Below are positions 10,201 to 20,069 of a stretch of DNA of 52,489 bases, piece after piece; position 1 is the stretch's first letter, and the number at the start of each line of letters is the position of its first letter. The stretch lies in IMG/VR virus record IMGVR_UViG_3300032242_002525, positions 1 through 52,489 of that record; one strand, 5' to 3'. Under the pieces are notes generated by a model that saw only the letters and a list, made by a program, of their open reading frames with translations, made no database searches and was not told the DNA's origin. A program made the position numbers and the translations under genes. Source of the stretch: a virus (taxonomy: Duplodnaviria > Caudoviricetes).

Positions 10201-12935
10201 CCAACCTCTTTAATCATTGTTGATAATAAAGTTGTACCAAATAATTCATCATTTGAAACAATATTATCTAAATCAATAAATCCCATTGAAGTTAATAGTA
10301 AATAAGCTGAACCGGCATATTTTGCTGTTTTAGCATTGTTATTAAAATCAGAAAATAATTGTTTATGAAAATATGGCGTGTTTAAAATATACACAGAACT
10401 ATTTGAACCAAAATCAATTGTAGCATTAAAAAATAATTCATTAGCTGAATATGTGTTCCAATGAATATTAAGAGGTGTTGTTATATATCCTTGTGTTGAA
10501 TTAAAATTATAGAAATTTAACAATTTTAAATTAGATTTATCAACATTTGTTTCACCTAAATATGAAAGATATTCAGGCGAATTAAAAGGATATATATAAT
10601 GTCTATATTCCTCTACGGTATAGTTAAGTAAATTTTTTGTTAATTCACTATATGTTGTATCTGTTGCATTTTGTGGTTTTGCTGTACTAGTATCATATTG
10701 AGATATGCTATATGGTTTACTAACTATATCTTGAATATATGGTACTGTTGGTAAATCATCAACATAATAAGGATACCTTTGATATGGTGAAAATTTTTGT
10801 AATGATACTAAAAATTTAGATACAGCATTTGTAATACCATTTGCGGTATCAATATTTGTTGGATTTGCAATATTCAATAACGAATTAACAATATCAATAT
10901 CATTAATCGTTTTAACCTTAATATTGTTAAATTCAAGATCAGCTAATTGTACCAATGTTGAATTTGTGAATGTATCATATAACGTAATATATCTCATTCT
11001 TTCAATAATCTCATAAAGAATTGAACTTAATGATTTTTCGATATACGGGCTTACAACTGAAACTTTGGAAAATGTGCTTACACTATTAGTATTTACAGCA
11101 TCACCATTTTTTTCAAATAAATAATCTATCTTATTAACACCGCCTTCTTTATTTGCTAATGGATCAACTCTTTTAGTTGATATCGCTTGATATGTTTCTA
11201 CGAATTCAACTTCAGGCCATAATCTTGAGTCATCTGATTTAAGTTTAGTAATCATATCTGGATTACCTGGATAAACAACAACGTTTTGACTATTGGCTGT
11301 TTGTTTCTTAATATCTGGCCAAGGATATATATTTTTATTATCAGTAGATTCTTTACTAAATCCTTTAAGTATTTGGTTTCTTTCGTCCGCCACATTAAAT
11401 GCTCTTTGGTGAACATCTTTTAATAATCTAATATAAACATCTGCATTGGCTAATAAAACACCCATCATGTTTCTTAATGTTGGGTCAAAACCAATACCAT
11501 TTTCGGGACGACTTACTATTTCATTTATTAAGTCTTGTGTTTTTTTCTCAAATTTATTTTTTTGTATAATAAATTGATTATACATATCATAAAAATCTTT
11601 CAATATTTGGTGTATCGCTATTCCAAAATTTGATGTGCCGTTTGTGTCTTTTTTAATGTAATTACCAACGTCCTGTATCTTATTAACAATATTAAATTTA
11701 AAATCTTTTAACTTATCATTTTTAATAAAATTTTGTGTAGTTAAAGCCGATTTTTGTAATGTTTTAGTATATGTTGTTAAAATCCATTCTAATGTTGTAG
11801 TTGTTGTTGCACCGGTTACAGTTGATAAATCATTTTTATTTTGGCCTGATAATGCAAAATAATCAATTGGATTGGTTGGATTTGAATTATCAGTAAATAA
11901 AACAGTATTCAATAAATGATTTAATGACCACCCACGAATGCCTTGTTCAAAATCGTCTAGATATCCAGAATATTCTTTAATTGATGAAAACAATTTTGGA
12001 TCAAATGATTCATCAAAAATTGCTTTTTCTAATCTACCATCTAATCCTTTTGCTTTTGTTATTAATTCTCTTACTGTTATCGTAGGGAAATTTTCAGGTA
12101 ATAATCCTTTGCTAATATATTCTTTATAAACACCGTTTAATATTTGATATCCTTTCGTTGTTTTATAACTAGTTTGATTAGTATTATTTGTATTTGTATT
12201 TGTGTTACCTGGTTTTGTAATTTCAATTGGATACATATACGCAGCATTTAAAACACCATTAAAAGGTATGTCATTTAAATAAGCGTATGTTGAACCAACA
12301 AATGTTGTTGCTACTTCAAAGTTACCATTAGATTCATTGTACTTTGTTGATAGGTCAACCAAGTGTAATCTAAATTTAATTGCTTTACCATATTGACCTT
12401 TTACTGTTAAATAAAATATAGGCCAAGGTAAATGGAAGAAAGCTGAATAAGGTGAGTTGTGCGGTGATTCAAATAATGTTTTACCTCTAACATCAATAAA
12501 GTTAATATTGATTGATGGTACAAAGTTTGTTCCTTTAATATTGATATTAACACTATCAATACCAAATGATTGACCACTACTATCCGTAAATAATGTTGTA
12601 TTTAGTGTTGTGGCGTTTTTTACTCCACTTGGTGTAAACGCCTCAGACCACATTGTATCGTAATCCTTACCAGAACCATTTTTTAAAAAGCTCATTGTAT
12701 TACTTGCAATTGATACTAATGTAGGTGAATTTGGTGTAACATCCGGTTGTAATAATGTAGTTCTTGGTACCAAATCAGCTTCAAGATTTACATATATAAC
12801 TAATTCTTCTTGTCTGACATTTCTTGGTTTTACTTCACCATTAGAAACAACGCTATTGGGATCAATAAAAATGATGTTATTTTGATCTACTTTAACTAAA
12901 ATATTCTCATTGTTATCAATGTTATTGTTCGCCAT
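7203..12935 (-). CDS. Large baseplate hub protein (gp27/VgrG-like fold with large insertions)
   Basis: C-proximal hub signature SYTCHVSMMGN..IQP..FRGSYWITEVSHNI..ETSFTG; follows the gp53-like gene in the tail block. Confidence 0.7.
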   Translation of the reverse strand: MANNNIDNNENILVKVDQNNIIFIDPNSVVSNGEVKPRNVRQEELVIYVNLEADLVPRTTLLQPDVTPNSPTLVSIASNTMSFLKNGSGKDYDTMWSEAFTPSGVKNATTLNTTLFTDSSGQSFGIDSVNINIKGTNFVPSININFIDVRGKTLFESPHNSPYSAFFHLPWPIFYLTVKGQYGKAIKFRLHLVDLSTKYNESNGNFEVATTFVGSTYAYLNDIPFNGVLNAAYMYPIEITKPGNTNTNTNNTNQTSYKTTKGYQILNGVYKEYISKGLLPENFPTITVRELITKAKGLDGRLEKAIFDESFDPKLFSSIKEYSGYLDDFEQGIRGWSLNHLLNTVLFTDNSNPTNPIDYFALSGQNKNDLSTVTGATTTTTLEWILTTYTKTLQKSALTTQNFIKNDKLKDFKFNIVNKIQDVGNYIKKDTNGTSNFGIAIHQILKDFYDMYNQFIIQKNKFEKKTQDLINEIVSRPENGIGFDPTLRNMMGVLLANADVYIRLLKDVHQRAFNVADERNQILKGFSKESTDNKNIYPWPDIKKQTANSQNVVVYPGNPDMITKLKSDDSRLWPEVEFVETYQAISTKRVDPLANKEGGVNKIDYLFEKNGDAVNTNSVSTFSKVSVVSPYIEKSLSSILYEIIERMRYITLYDTFTNSTLVQLADLEFNNIKVKTINDIDIVNSLLNIANPTNIDTANGITNAVSKFLVSLQKFSPYQRYPYYVDDLPTVPYIQDIVSKPYSISQYDTSTAKPQNATDTTYSELTKNLLNYTVEEYRHYIYPFNSPEYLSYLGETNVDKSNLKLLNFYNFNSTQGYITTPLNIHWNTYSANELFFNATIDFGSNSSVYILNTPYFHKQLFSDFNNNAKTAKYAGSAYLLLTSMGFIDLDNIVSNDELFGTTLLSTMIKEVGATHGIPYHLILKWGAIYHRYKNYILNNTDILSGFLNTSNVTQGIDGETYFYNDRNSAIYSGETGDQIFIDNNYVSYDGNNIGIHPFYDDIFHSVVNDYELYSYSNGFTSYESNITSGAINNRKRNNRGVNYWTNFVDESKIVSTNEYYTLLPCDGANYPESNLYVNDAEQNAFRIIWETGNTFNDVYSGKTFASYYEYCKDSTGDLFDVNKHQYRKILDLIGTFTPDVLEEFENLFLDFASERATYEIPTTPLNGNLKYTNFQDLLKAMVTVPKSKITATTPEAIITQLSTNQATILSNVAGDILSKNNYVKLTLANPKNLDLYVLKGFLGVKDNRLKYNPYINNSNAKYITLHLGQDIDGNYLRFFQLCNVELTEENVLQFRALAQIFAGGYQEGLFTNLNTFKAYLLNNVLNYSKSGTFGTYSGILNRQDVFMTQLVKKLKTLNIVDVKPQVTFYPGYNEDPLKLEMYSQFKSFNDKWIAGNSIGQRLLLEEFLFLDKANQDIGNRAYISLQKIMDLDGPVDDTTSLYSIIGTIIEGSNFLFRALPSYINFYGTNYNTKSKKNTSADLAKSVFGTFLEVDTQESSPKIILQYVGPSSKTLDLSDIQEKMKFKDDSGNLFTSPGSPLLITNSTIIGTGDLAKANKVVAFEVNVGDQAQGIFKGVQLDQTSLKNTYASQVVNENIGRSESGAGAYQIDVGLYDIFRQVSYTCHVSMMGNMMIQPTMFFYLKNIPMFRGSYWITEVSHNIKNGNIETSFTGVRMPFAALPDPKDTFLTAYRALFDMVTERALAKVNSANTNIASATNIAKQNEKTLTTSKGESKTIDMGSSSIAPKGVKEKLLSDSFNLYGIAYNGYKGEKYVQKIQVNGQTYLRAVACTMGGKNNKLDDKLQFNILSKLNIPNAWGLLKNTNQYYYTSKFQIDDTPYRYLNNLKTTFLNPNNGNPPVTINHNLVSSFSDIKGPIGSGPGVDGYGVALSPALMSKLGLYDGQVVYFSIS

Positions 12936-13248
12936 AATATAATTTATACAAATCTATTTGATTTTTGTAATCTTGTAAAGACGTAACCAAAGGATATGGT
13001 ACTCTTAATAGGTAATTATCCGGAATTAAAAATTCAATGCTACCTGCAGATGGATTTGCTTGTAATATTAGCCAACCAAATAATGGTGAACCATAATTGT
13101 CCTGTGAAACTTTATCCAATCTAGATGTTCCTTTTTTATAATAAACATATCTATCAGTTCCTTTAATAGGAATGTCAAGTCCTGGGACAATTCTAAATGA
13201 ACCATCCACTTCAAAATATTGATATCTATCTAAATAATTTCTACTCAT
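12922..13248 (-). CDS. Baseplate wedge LysM-like protein (T4 gp53 / P2 gpX-like)
   Basis: RLDKVSQDNYGSPLFGWLILQANP..LRVP pattern. Confidence 0.8.
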   Translation of the reverse strand: MSRNYLDRYQYFEVDGSFRIVPGLDIPIKGTDRYVYYKKGTSRLDKVSQDNYGSPLFGWLILQANPSAGSIEFLIPDNYLLRVPYPLVTSLQDYKNQIDLYKLYYGEQ

Positions 13249-16200
13249 TATTTTTTAACTTTATAGTAGTTTAATTTACTGTTGGTTGGTCCGTTATTTT
13301 TATCCACAAATAATATGTTCAATATTGGTTTCTTACCTAATGGATCAGTAACATCTATAAGATTAGGTGTAGCCGCATTATATGATATGCTACTAGTGCT
13401 TGATCTAACTGGTGGTTCAACTAAAGTTACTTTTGTATCAGTAATTTCTTTAGGTGCATTAGAATTAAAATTTATTTTTAAAACTTCACTATAAGGTGTA
13501 CCATTACTATTACCAACTTCAGATAAGCCATCCTTTTTAAATTCTGTTATCATATCATTTATACTATCTTTCAATATATAAGGTATGATTTCAAGTATTA
13601 TTTGTGGTGTTAATGTGCTCACATTACTCCAATCAATACTTGTGTCCAAATTAGTATTAAATAAATTATTTAAACCACCTAAATAATTTACATCATTAGC
13701 ATAATTTACATAAAAATTAGTAGCATCAAAACCATCTATTGCAACCTCATAATATGTTGTTCCTGTGATATATGCATCGTATGCTGTTGAACCGCTAGAA
13801 AACTTTTGTATATAATTTAAATTATCTAAATTACTTATGATATCGTTTCTTTTAGCTTCTAAGTCTTTTAAATTTTTATTTGATAAAATTGAATTCATCT
13901 TTGTATCAAGAGCATTCTTAATAATTGGCTTAAATATATTTTCTAAATCTGTTGCTGCTTGATCATCACGATCAATTACCTTAAAAATATCTGTTAACAT
14001 ATTAGTATTATCAACGCTATCATGTAAAACATCTCTTACTTTTGAAACTAATGTAGATAAATCTAAAGATGGATTGTATAACCCAAGTAAACCAATTGTT
14101 TGAGAAGTAGATGATGTAGTTAAAACATCATAACCATTCAAAGGTCTGTAATTTGATGAAAATACTATTGTTGGTATTTTAAAACCAAATGTTTTTACTA
14201 AACTATCGTATACTGATTTATATGTTTTTGCGTATATATTAGTATTTTTAAATAAAGTATCAATTAATGGCGCATAATCTATTGTCTGTCCTACTGTTTT
14301 CCCAATTGTTGTACCTTCAGTTAATGTTCCCGGTACTTGTGTATCTTTTGCTAATTGTAGCTCAGGTTTTTTCATCATCTCATCAATGAATTTTTGCGTG
14401 AACTCAGCTGTTGTCATACCGCTTATTGATGTTGCGGTATTTTCCGATCTAGGATCGTACATTTCAGTATTAGCAAAGAAATTAGATGATAAAGCATTTT
14501 GTAATCTTTCTACAGGTTTTTCTAAACCTTGACCACCGATGAATGAAATTTGCATTGTTACATCAGCAAGCATTGGTTGAACACCAATACCTTCTGGGTT
14601 TAAATCCCATGTAGCATTTTCATATGTAATATTTACGTCTCTAATAATAATTTTAGAGTGGTAAAAATCACCAATTCTTAGCACACAAATTGGTGGTGGA
14701 CCAAATGTAGTATTTCTTGCATTTATTCCTTGAGTATCTTCTGAACTCTTAATTGGTATTGTATCACCAGGTCTTACACATTGAAGTAAGAATGTCAATC
14801 TACTATTCAAACCTTCTGGTGTTGTAGAGTGAAACGCTGGGTGAAAATATTTTAATTTTTTAGTAATTGTATCAAATACAAATGGGTCCGTATCTTCAAG
14901 TTTTTTAAAGTAATAACATTCACCCAATGTTTTCATTACAATTCTTTTTAATGTATCTAAACTTGGTTTTGGTTTTTTGATTGGTGGTGTATCATCAGCT
15001 GTAACTTTTAATGTTGTTGGTGAACCATCAGGTTTAGGAGCTGATTGATCATTTAGTTTATCATATGTTAATTTTAATTCACCTTGTCTACATGAAATTG
15101 CAATTGGTGCGTGTAAATTTAAATCGCCACCATTTGCAGTATGTGAAAAACTAACATTACAACCTGTTGTTGTTGGCGTTTTTTCGCCATATGTATCCCA
15201 AGTAATTGTGATACTATCAGGGTTATTTTCGTAACCTAATTCTTTAAATGTATATGTTGTTGTATATGTTGGTGTTCCTGTTTGTGTTAACGCTTTTAAA
15301 TCATTTGCATTTTTCCATTTTACACCTTTAACAGTTCCATCACTAGAAATTTGTTTTAAAAATTCATAAACAATACTATATGCTCTTCTTACTCCTAAAT
15401 AAAAATTTGCACCTGTTTCACCTGCAGGTGTACATGTTGTTGTAACATGAAATACACCATTTTTAACTTTATTTATTTTTATTAGTTCTTTTAAGGAAGC
15501 TATTTCAGTTATAAATTTATTGTAATCATTTGTTAAACCAGAAAATATTGTATCAACATCTGAAAGTTTCTTATTTACAATATCACTTATTTTTGTAATA
15601 TCAATTGTTTTAGTACCAAATACAGAATTTCTATCACTTATATTTGCTGCAGTTGTTCCTGTTGAAACAATAGACAAATCTGTTTGTAATGCCGTTTTAT
15701 AAGATGAAGAAACACCACTATAAGAACTATAAACTGATGAATAAGAATCTTGTGTTGTTGTTACAGATGAACCAAATGTTCCTGGTACCGCATTAGGAAA
15801 ATAAAACGTTCCACTATAAGAAACAGATGTTGTTGCATTTGTATCTGTGTTAGATTTATTTTCTTTTACTACAGGTACACTCAGATATTTGTTTTGCGCA
15901 ACTGAATCTGGATTTTTATTTGCATTAAGATATTGTAATAAAGTATCAATATCAGTTTTATCTAATACGGTATATGTTTGTATTAAATTATAAAAATCAA
16001 AGTTTTCTGTACCAGCAAAAAAAGCATTTATATGTTCTTCAGCAGTTACATCATCCATATTTTTAAAATGCTCTCTAATTAATAAATTCAATACACTTGG
16101 ATGATCAACAACTACCTTAAATGATAATTGACCACTTCTTTCAGTATTTTGATATGTATATATTGGTTCAGGTCTTCCTAAGAAAGCATTACTTTCCCAT

Positions 16201-17930
16201 CTAGCCTGATTTTGTTCTGAAACTTTTAAGTCGTATGGTGGAAACCACATAACACGACCACCATTTGGACCTCTTTCGCAAATTGGTAAATCTTGTACTG
16301 TGAAACCAGCTAATGTAGATGTTTTCCAAGCAAGGTTTTCGATTGAAAACATATATTTCTTTGCTTGACCATCTTTAATATTTGTTGAATTAGCAAATGA
16401 ACTTCCACCTGTTATACCATTATCATTTTGTCCATTTGACATTGGGGCATAGTTCAAATTCCAAACTCTACTATTACCACCTAAAACACTACCATCAAAT
16501 TTTCTAACATTTGATCCTTGTCTCATGGTGTTTGTATATGTACCATATGTTCCTGCCTTTGTCCAAACTCTTCCAAATTCTGCGCCAACAGGATTAGTAT
16601 TTTTATCAACCAATGTTTTAACTGCAGAACCTTTTGAAATTTTCACACCGCCATCAACAAAAAATCTTGACGTTTGGTCAATTACTTGTGAAACATGCGA
16701 TGCCGCTTCACCATTATTAGATGGTTTAGTGTTTAATATAAATTGCGTCTTACCTAAAAGTGAATCTGGCCTAAATGTAACACCTGTTGATATAACATTT
16801 CTAGTATCATATGATAAACCTGCTGTATTATTTTTTGTATTCTTACTAACCCATACTAATTCTTTACCTGTATGATCAATATCAGCTGTTACATCATCAA
16901 ATGCTTTTGCTAAATAATATGGACTTCTTATTTGGTTATCCCAAAAGTCACCCATAGCATATTTTACATCATCATATCTATCATCACCAATATATGTTGT
17001 TCCAGGTATTTGTAAAAAGTTATTTATGTTTAATGTGTTAAATAATGTATTTTCAATTTGTGAAACTACAGTATAGTTTGGTGAATATTTTGAACGACCA
17101 ATTAAATCAAATAATATACTTTTTTGACCATCACCCATATAGTTTATTAAAACATCAGATGGTCTTGGACTAATTTTTGGTTTACCATTTATACCAATCA
17201 TAGAAGCAATTACACCTGTAGCATCATTTAAAATGGTTCCAAGTTGTAATGGGTTTTGAGGATTATTACTTAATATGTCATTTGGATTTGTTAAGTAATT
17301 TCCAGGAATAATACTGATTGGTGAACTTTCTGCTGTAATAGCATCTAAAAAATTTTTTGGTACACCTGAACGATTTGATGGGCTAACAGTTACACTATAA
17401 TTTCTTTCAACTAAAGGTTCTCTTCCTGTAATTAAATTCAATGCTGTGGCTGTATTACCATTTAACGCATCTAATAATCTATTTCTACCATTAGTTGTTT
17501 TTTCTATATTTTGTGCGATTCTAGCATATACTGGACCTTTTTTTGTTGTGTCTTTAATATATGATGCAGCAAATTTAAATAACTCAGATTCAGTACTAAA
17601 ATTATTATTAGTCATTATACTAACTAATGTATTATCAGAACTAACAAAATATGGATATAATTGTAAATTTGCTCTTCTAGGTAAATTACCTAAATCTGTA
17701 TATGTTTCAAAATCTGTTGGTTTATAAACATTTACGTTTGATGTTTGTGTTAATTCATTTGGAACATTTGCATCGATAGCAGGTTGTGCTACGTTAGCAA
17801 AATCACTTAAATTTTGTACACCATAATTTGAACTAGTGAACTCAATAGGTCCATTAGCTGGTTTTAATGTTTTAGAAAGAATGAACTTTCTAAAATTGTT
17901 TGTTGTATCAAAATCTAAATATGCTGGCAT
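13248..17930 (-). CDS. Large baseplate/tail-tube initiator protein (gp48/gp54/gpU-like) with OmpA-like insertion
   Basis: Tube-fold halves FPPYDLKVSE..W..FLGRPEPIYTYQNTERS..LSF and PPPICVLRIGDF..ITYE..WD..PM.ADV; internal NFYLGVRRAYSI segment. Confidence 0.65.
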   Translation of the reverse strand: MPAYLDFDTTNNFRKFILSKTLKPANGPIEFTSSNYGVQNLSDFANVAQPAIDANVPNELTQTSNVNVYKPTDFETYTDLGNLPRRANLQLYPYFVSSDNTLVSIMTNNNFSTESELFKFAASYIKDTTKKGPVYARIAQNIEKTTNGRNRLLDALNGNTATALNLITGREPLVERNYSVTVSPSNRSGVPKNFLDAITAESSPISIIPGNYLTNPNDILSNNPQNPLQLGTILNDATGVIASMIGINGKPKISPRPSDVLINYMGDGQKSILFDLIGRSKYSPNYTVVSQIENTLFNTLNINNFLQIPGTTYIGDDRYDDVKYAMGDFWDNQIRSPYYLAKAFDDVTADIDHTGKELVWVSKNTKNNTAGLSYDTRNVISTGVTFRPDSLLGKTQFILNTKPSNNGEAASHVSQVIDQTSRFFVDGGVKISKGSAVKTLVDKNTNPVGAEFGRVWTKAGTYGTYTNTMRQGSNVRKFDGSVLGGNSRVWNLNYAPMSNGQNDNGITGGSSFANSTNIKDGQAKKYMFSIENLAWKTSTLAGFTVQDLPICERGPNGGRVMWFPPYDLKVSEQNQARWESNAFLGRPEPIYTYQNTERSGQLSFKVVVDHPSVLNLLIREHFKNMDDVTAEEHINAFFAGTENFDFYNLIQTYTVLDKTDIDTLLQYLNANKNPDSVAQNKYLSVPVVKENKSNTDTNATTSVSYSGTFYFPNAVPGTFGSSVTTTQDSYSSVYSSYSGVSSSYKTALQTDLSIVSTGTTAANISDRNSVFGTKTIDITKISDIVNKKLSDVDTIFSGLTNDYNKFITEIASLKELIKINKVKNGVFHVTTTCTPAGETGANFYLGVRRAYSIVYEFLKQISSDGTVKGVKWKNANDLKALTQTGTPTYTTTYTFKELGYENNPDSITITWDTYGEKTPTTTGCNVSFSHTANGGDLNLHAPIAISCRQGELKLTYDKLNDQSAPKPDGSPTTLKVTADDTPPIKKPKPSLDTLKRIVMKTLGECYYFKKLEDTDPFVFDTITKKLKYFHPAFHSTTPEGLNSRLTFLLQCVRPGDTIPIKSSEDTQGINARNTTFGPPPICVLRIGDFYHSKIIIRDVNITYENATWDLNPEGIGVQPMLADVTMQISFIGGQGLEKPVERLQNALSSNFFANTEMYDPRSENTATSISGMTTAEFTQKFIDEMMKKPELQLAKDTQVPGTLTEGTTIGKTVGQTIDYAPLIDTLFKNTNIYAKTYKSVYDSLVKTFGFKIPTIVFSSNYRPLNGYDVLTTSSTSQTIGLLGLYNPSLDLSTLVSKVRDVLHDSVDNTNMLTDIFKVIDRDDQAATDLENIFKPIIKNALDTKMNSILSNKNLKDLEAKRNDIISNLDNLNYIQKFSSGSTAYDAYITGTTYYEVAIDGFDATNFYVNYANDVNYLGGLNNLFNTNLDTSIDWSNVSTLTPQIILEIIPYILKDSINDMITEFKKDGLSEVGNSNGTPYSEVLKINFNSNAPKEITDTKVTLVEPPVRSSTSSISYNAATPNLIDVTDPLGKKPILNILFVDKNNGPTNSKLNYYKVKK

Positions 17931-17945
17931 TATCTATAAATAGAA

Positions 17946-19895
17946 TTAATTAGTTTTTATTGCGTTATTAGTGTATAATCTAGCGTTTCTTGAAGTTAAA
18001 TTAGTTAAGAAACTTGAATCTTTTGCAATGCCTCTTCCCATATCATCTAATAATGCTGGAACCTTTATATTAACAGTATGTTCAATTTGTTGAGTACCAT
18101 TATTTGTATTATTGTTTTGTGCAGTAGTATTATTACCGCCGTTCATGCTATTAGTTAATGTTTGTTGATTTGTTCCAGAATTTACCGATTTTGGTTTAAC
18201 TCCTGTTGTTTTTTTACCGTCAATTCCATGTCCAGTAATTAAGTTCATAACTCTATCCGCTGTACCTTTAGAGTCTTCACCCATATTTTTTAAACTTTCA
18301 GTTATTTTATTTGCAAGTGAATTATTAATTCCAAATAAATTAGCAATTTCAGAGACGCCTTTACCACCTTGTAATCTAGCATTTGCAGCTAAAAATTCAA
18401 CATATCTCATAATTTGTTGAACATTAGTCGCTTGATTTTTAATTATATCTTGTGGTGACATATCTTTTAATTGTTCCTGATTATTTAATAATACTTTTAA
18501 AATTTCAGGATTATTACTTAAATCAGATAATGCAATTTTATTACCTTGAATTAATTGATCTTGTAATTTAGTACCAGTTAAATCAATGGTCATTTTACCA
18601 CCTTCCATTCTAGCTAGGTTAGTTAAAAATTCCTTTTGGTCTTTATTAACACCTGAACCTAAACCAAGTAAATCTGTTTTTGCTTTAGATCTTTCTTGGA
18701 ATGCAATTGCGGATTTTGTTAAATCATCAACACTCATACCCGTTTCTTTAGCCATGTCTCTAACTCTTCTTATGTTAAGAGAATTGATTTCAAATTTACC
18801 TTGTTGAGCATTATATGTTGCCAAAGAACCCGCTGCTTTAATAAATGCTTCTTGTAAACCTTCAACATTATTTGTAGCCATATACATCAACTTAAGTGGA
18901 TCACCAAAGTCACCTATAGCACCACCAATTACTTGTAGTTTAGCAGAAAATTCTAATGCACCTTGTGGGTCCATAACTTTATCTGCAATATCTAAAACAC
19001 CTTGTAATGAACTTCTAAATTCAATTGATTTACGAACCATTTCACCTAATCCTTGTATACCATCTTTAAATCCATATGAATTTAATTTACTAAGATTTGC
19101 ACCAACCTCTTGTGTTACCTTTTGTGTATTTAAACCTAAACTTAATGTTCTTTGACCTATAATACCAATTTCTCTTGAAGCTGATACTGCGCCATAACCA
19201 ACTTTTTCAAATTCAGGAATAAGATTTGTGAAAGCTTCCAAACTACCCATGTAAGCTTGTCCTGTTTTTGCAAATTCCGTAAATGATTCTTGGTTAAAAA
19301 TTAAAAACCTTCCAGATTTTTGTAAAATATCTGTTGCAGCTCTACCTAACTCATCGAAATGGATACCATATTTTAATAATTCAACATTTGTATCTGTTAA
19401 TGTTTTTCTGTAATCTTCTGAAATTTGACCCGTTAACCCACCTGCTTTGTTGATATCATTTAATAAACCAGCTTGTTGTTTATAATAATTTCCAATTCCA
19501 TTAACAGCTGTTTTCAAAATACCAGAAACAATATCACCAGTATTTTTTATGTTATTATTACTATCTAATATTAAATCTTTTAAATCTTGTACTTTTACTT
19601 TATCAGCATCTAAACCTTGTAATGTTGTTGTTTCACCTGCAGCAAATAAATCAGCTGACATACCTAATATACCACCACCAATTTTTTGAAATTGATTTGG
19701 ACTACTATTGTTGCTACCACCACTATTTGAATTATAGGTTGCACCATGTTTTATGGTGTTAAAATCTCTATTTATAACTGCAGTGTAGTCGGTTTTGTCC
19801 TTTAAGGGGTCAATGTTTTTACTTTTATACCATTCACTAACAACATCACTGTCGACTTTGTTTTTTCTACCAACAATATCGTCAAATTTACTCAT
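17946..19895 (-). CDS. Tape measure protein
   Basis: 649-aa helical Ala/Gly/Leu/Gln-rich protein directly downstream of the tube and chaperone genes. Confidence 0.7.
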   Translation of the reverse strand: MSKFDDIVGRKNKVDSDVVSEWYKSKNIDPLKDKTDYTAVINRDFNTIKHGATYNSNSGGSNNSSPNQFQKIGGGILGMSADLFAAGETTTLQGLDADKVKVQDLKDLILDSNNNIKNTGDIVSGILKTAVNGIGNYYKQQAGLLNDINKAGGLTGQISEDYRKTLTDTNVELLKYGIHFDELGRAATDILQKSGRFLIFNQESFTEFAKTGQAYMGSLEAFTNLIPEFEKVGYGAVSASREIGIIGQRTLSLGLNTQKVTQEVGANLSKLNSYGFKDGIQGLGEMVRKSIEFRSSLQGVLDIADKVMDPQGALEFSAKLQVIGGAIGDFGDPLKLMYMATNNVEGLQEAFIKAAGSLATYNAQQGKFEINSLNIRRVRDMAKETGMSVDDLTKSAIAFQERSKAKTDLLGLGSGVNKDQKEFLTNLARMEGGKMTIDLTGTKLQDQLIQGNKIALSDLSNNPEILKVLLNNQEQLKDMSPQDIIKNQATNVQQIMRYVEFLAANARLQGGKGVSEIANLFGINNSLANKITESLKNMGEDSKGTADRVMNLITGHGIDGKKTTGVKPKSVNSGTNQQTLTNSMNGGNNTTAQNNNTNNGTQQIEHTVNIKVPALLDDMGRGIAKDSSFLTNLTSRNARLYTNNAIKTN

Positions 19896-19910
19896 ATCCT
19901 AATAAATAGA

Positions 19911-20069
19911 TTATTTCTCATTTTCTATCTCAATTAGGTAGTTTACATAATACCTTCTAATATAGATTGGCATTGATAAAATGTCCCCATAAGAGAAACC
20001 TCTTTTAACAAGGAAAAGAATTTCTGTAAGCTGTGTTTTCTTATAATCCGTAGAAAGGGCGAAAAAATT
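19911..20069 (-). CDS. Unannotated tail assembly chaperone extension (gpT / T4 gp51-like), probably expressed by frameshift
   Basis: Translated by hand: NFFALSTDYKKTQLTEILFLVKRGFSYGDILSMPIYIRRYYVNYLIEIENEK*, in the +1 frame overlapping the end of the 249-aa gene. No ATG until residue 33. Confidence 0.75.
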   Translation of the reverse strand, partial: NFFALSTDYKKTQLTEILFLVKRGFSYGDILSMPIYIRRYYVNYLIEIENEK

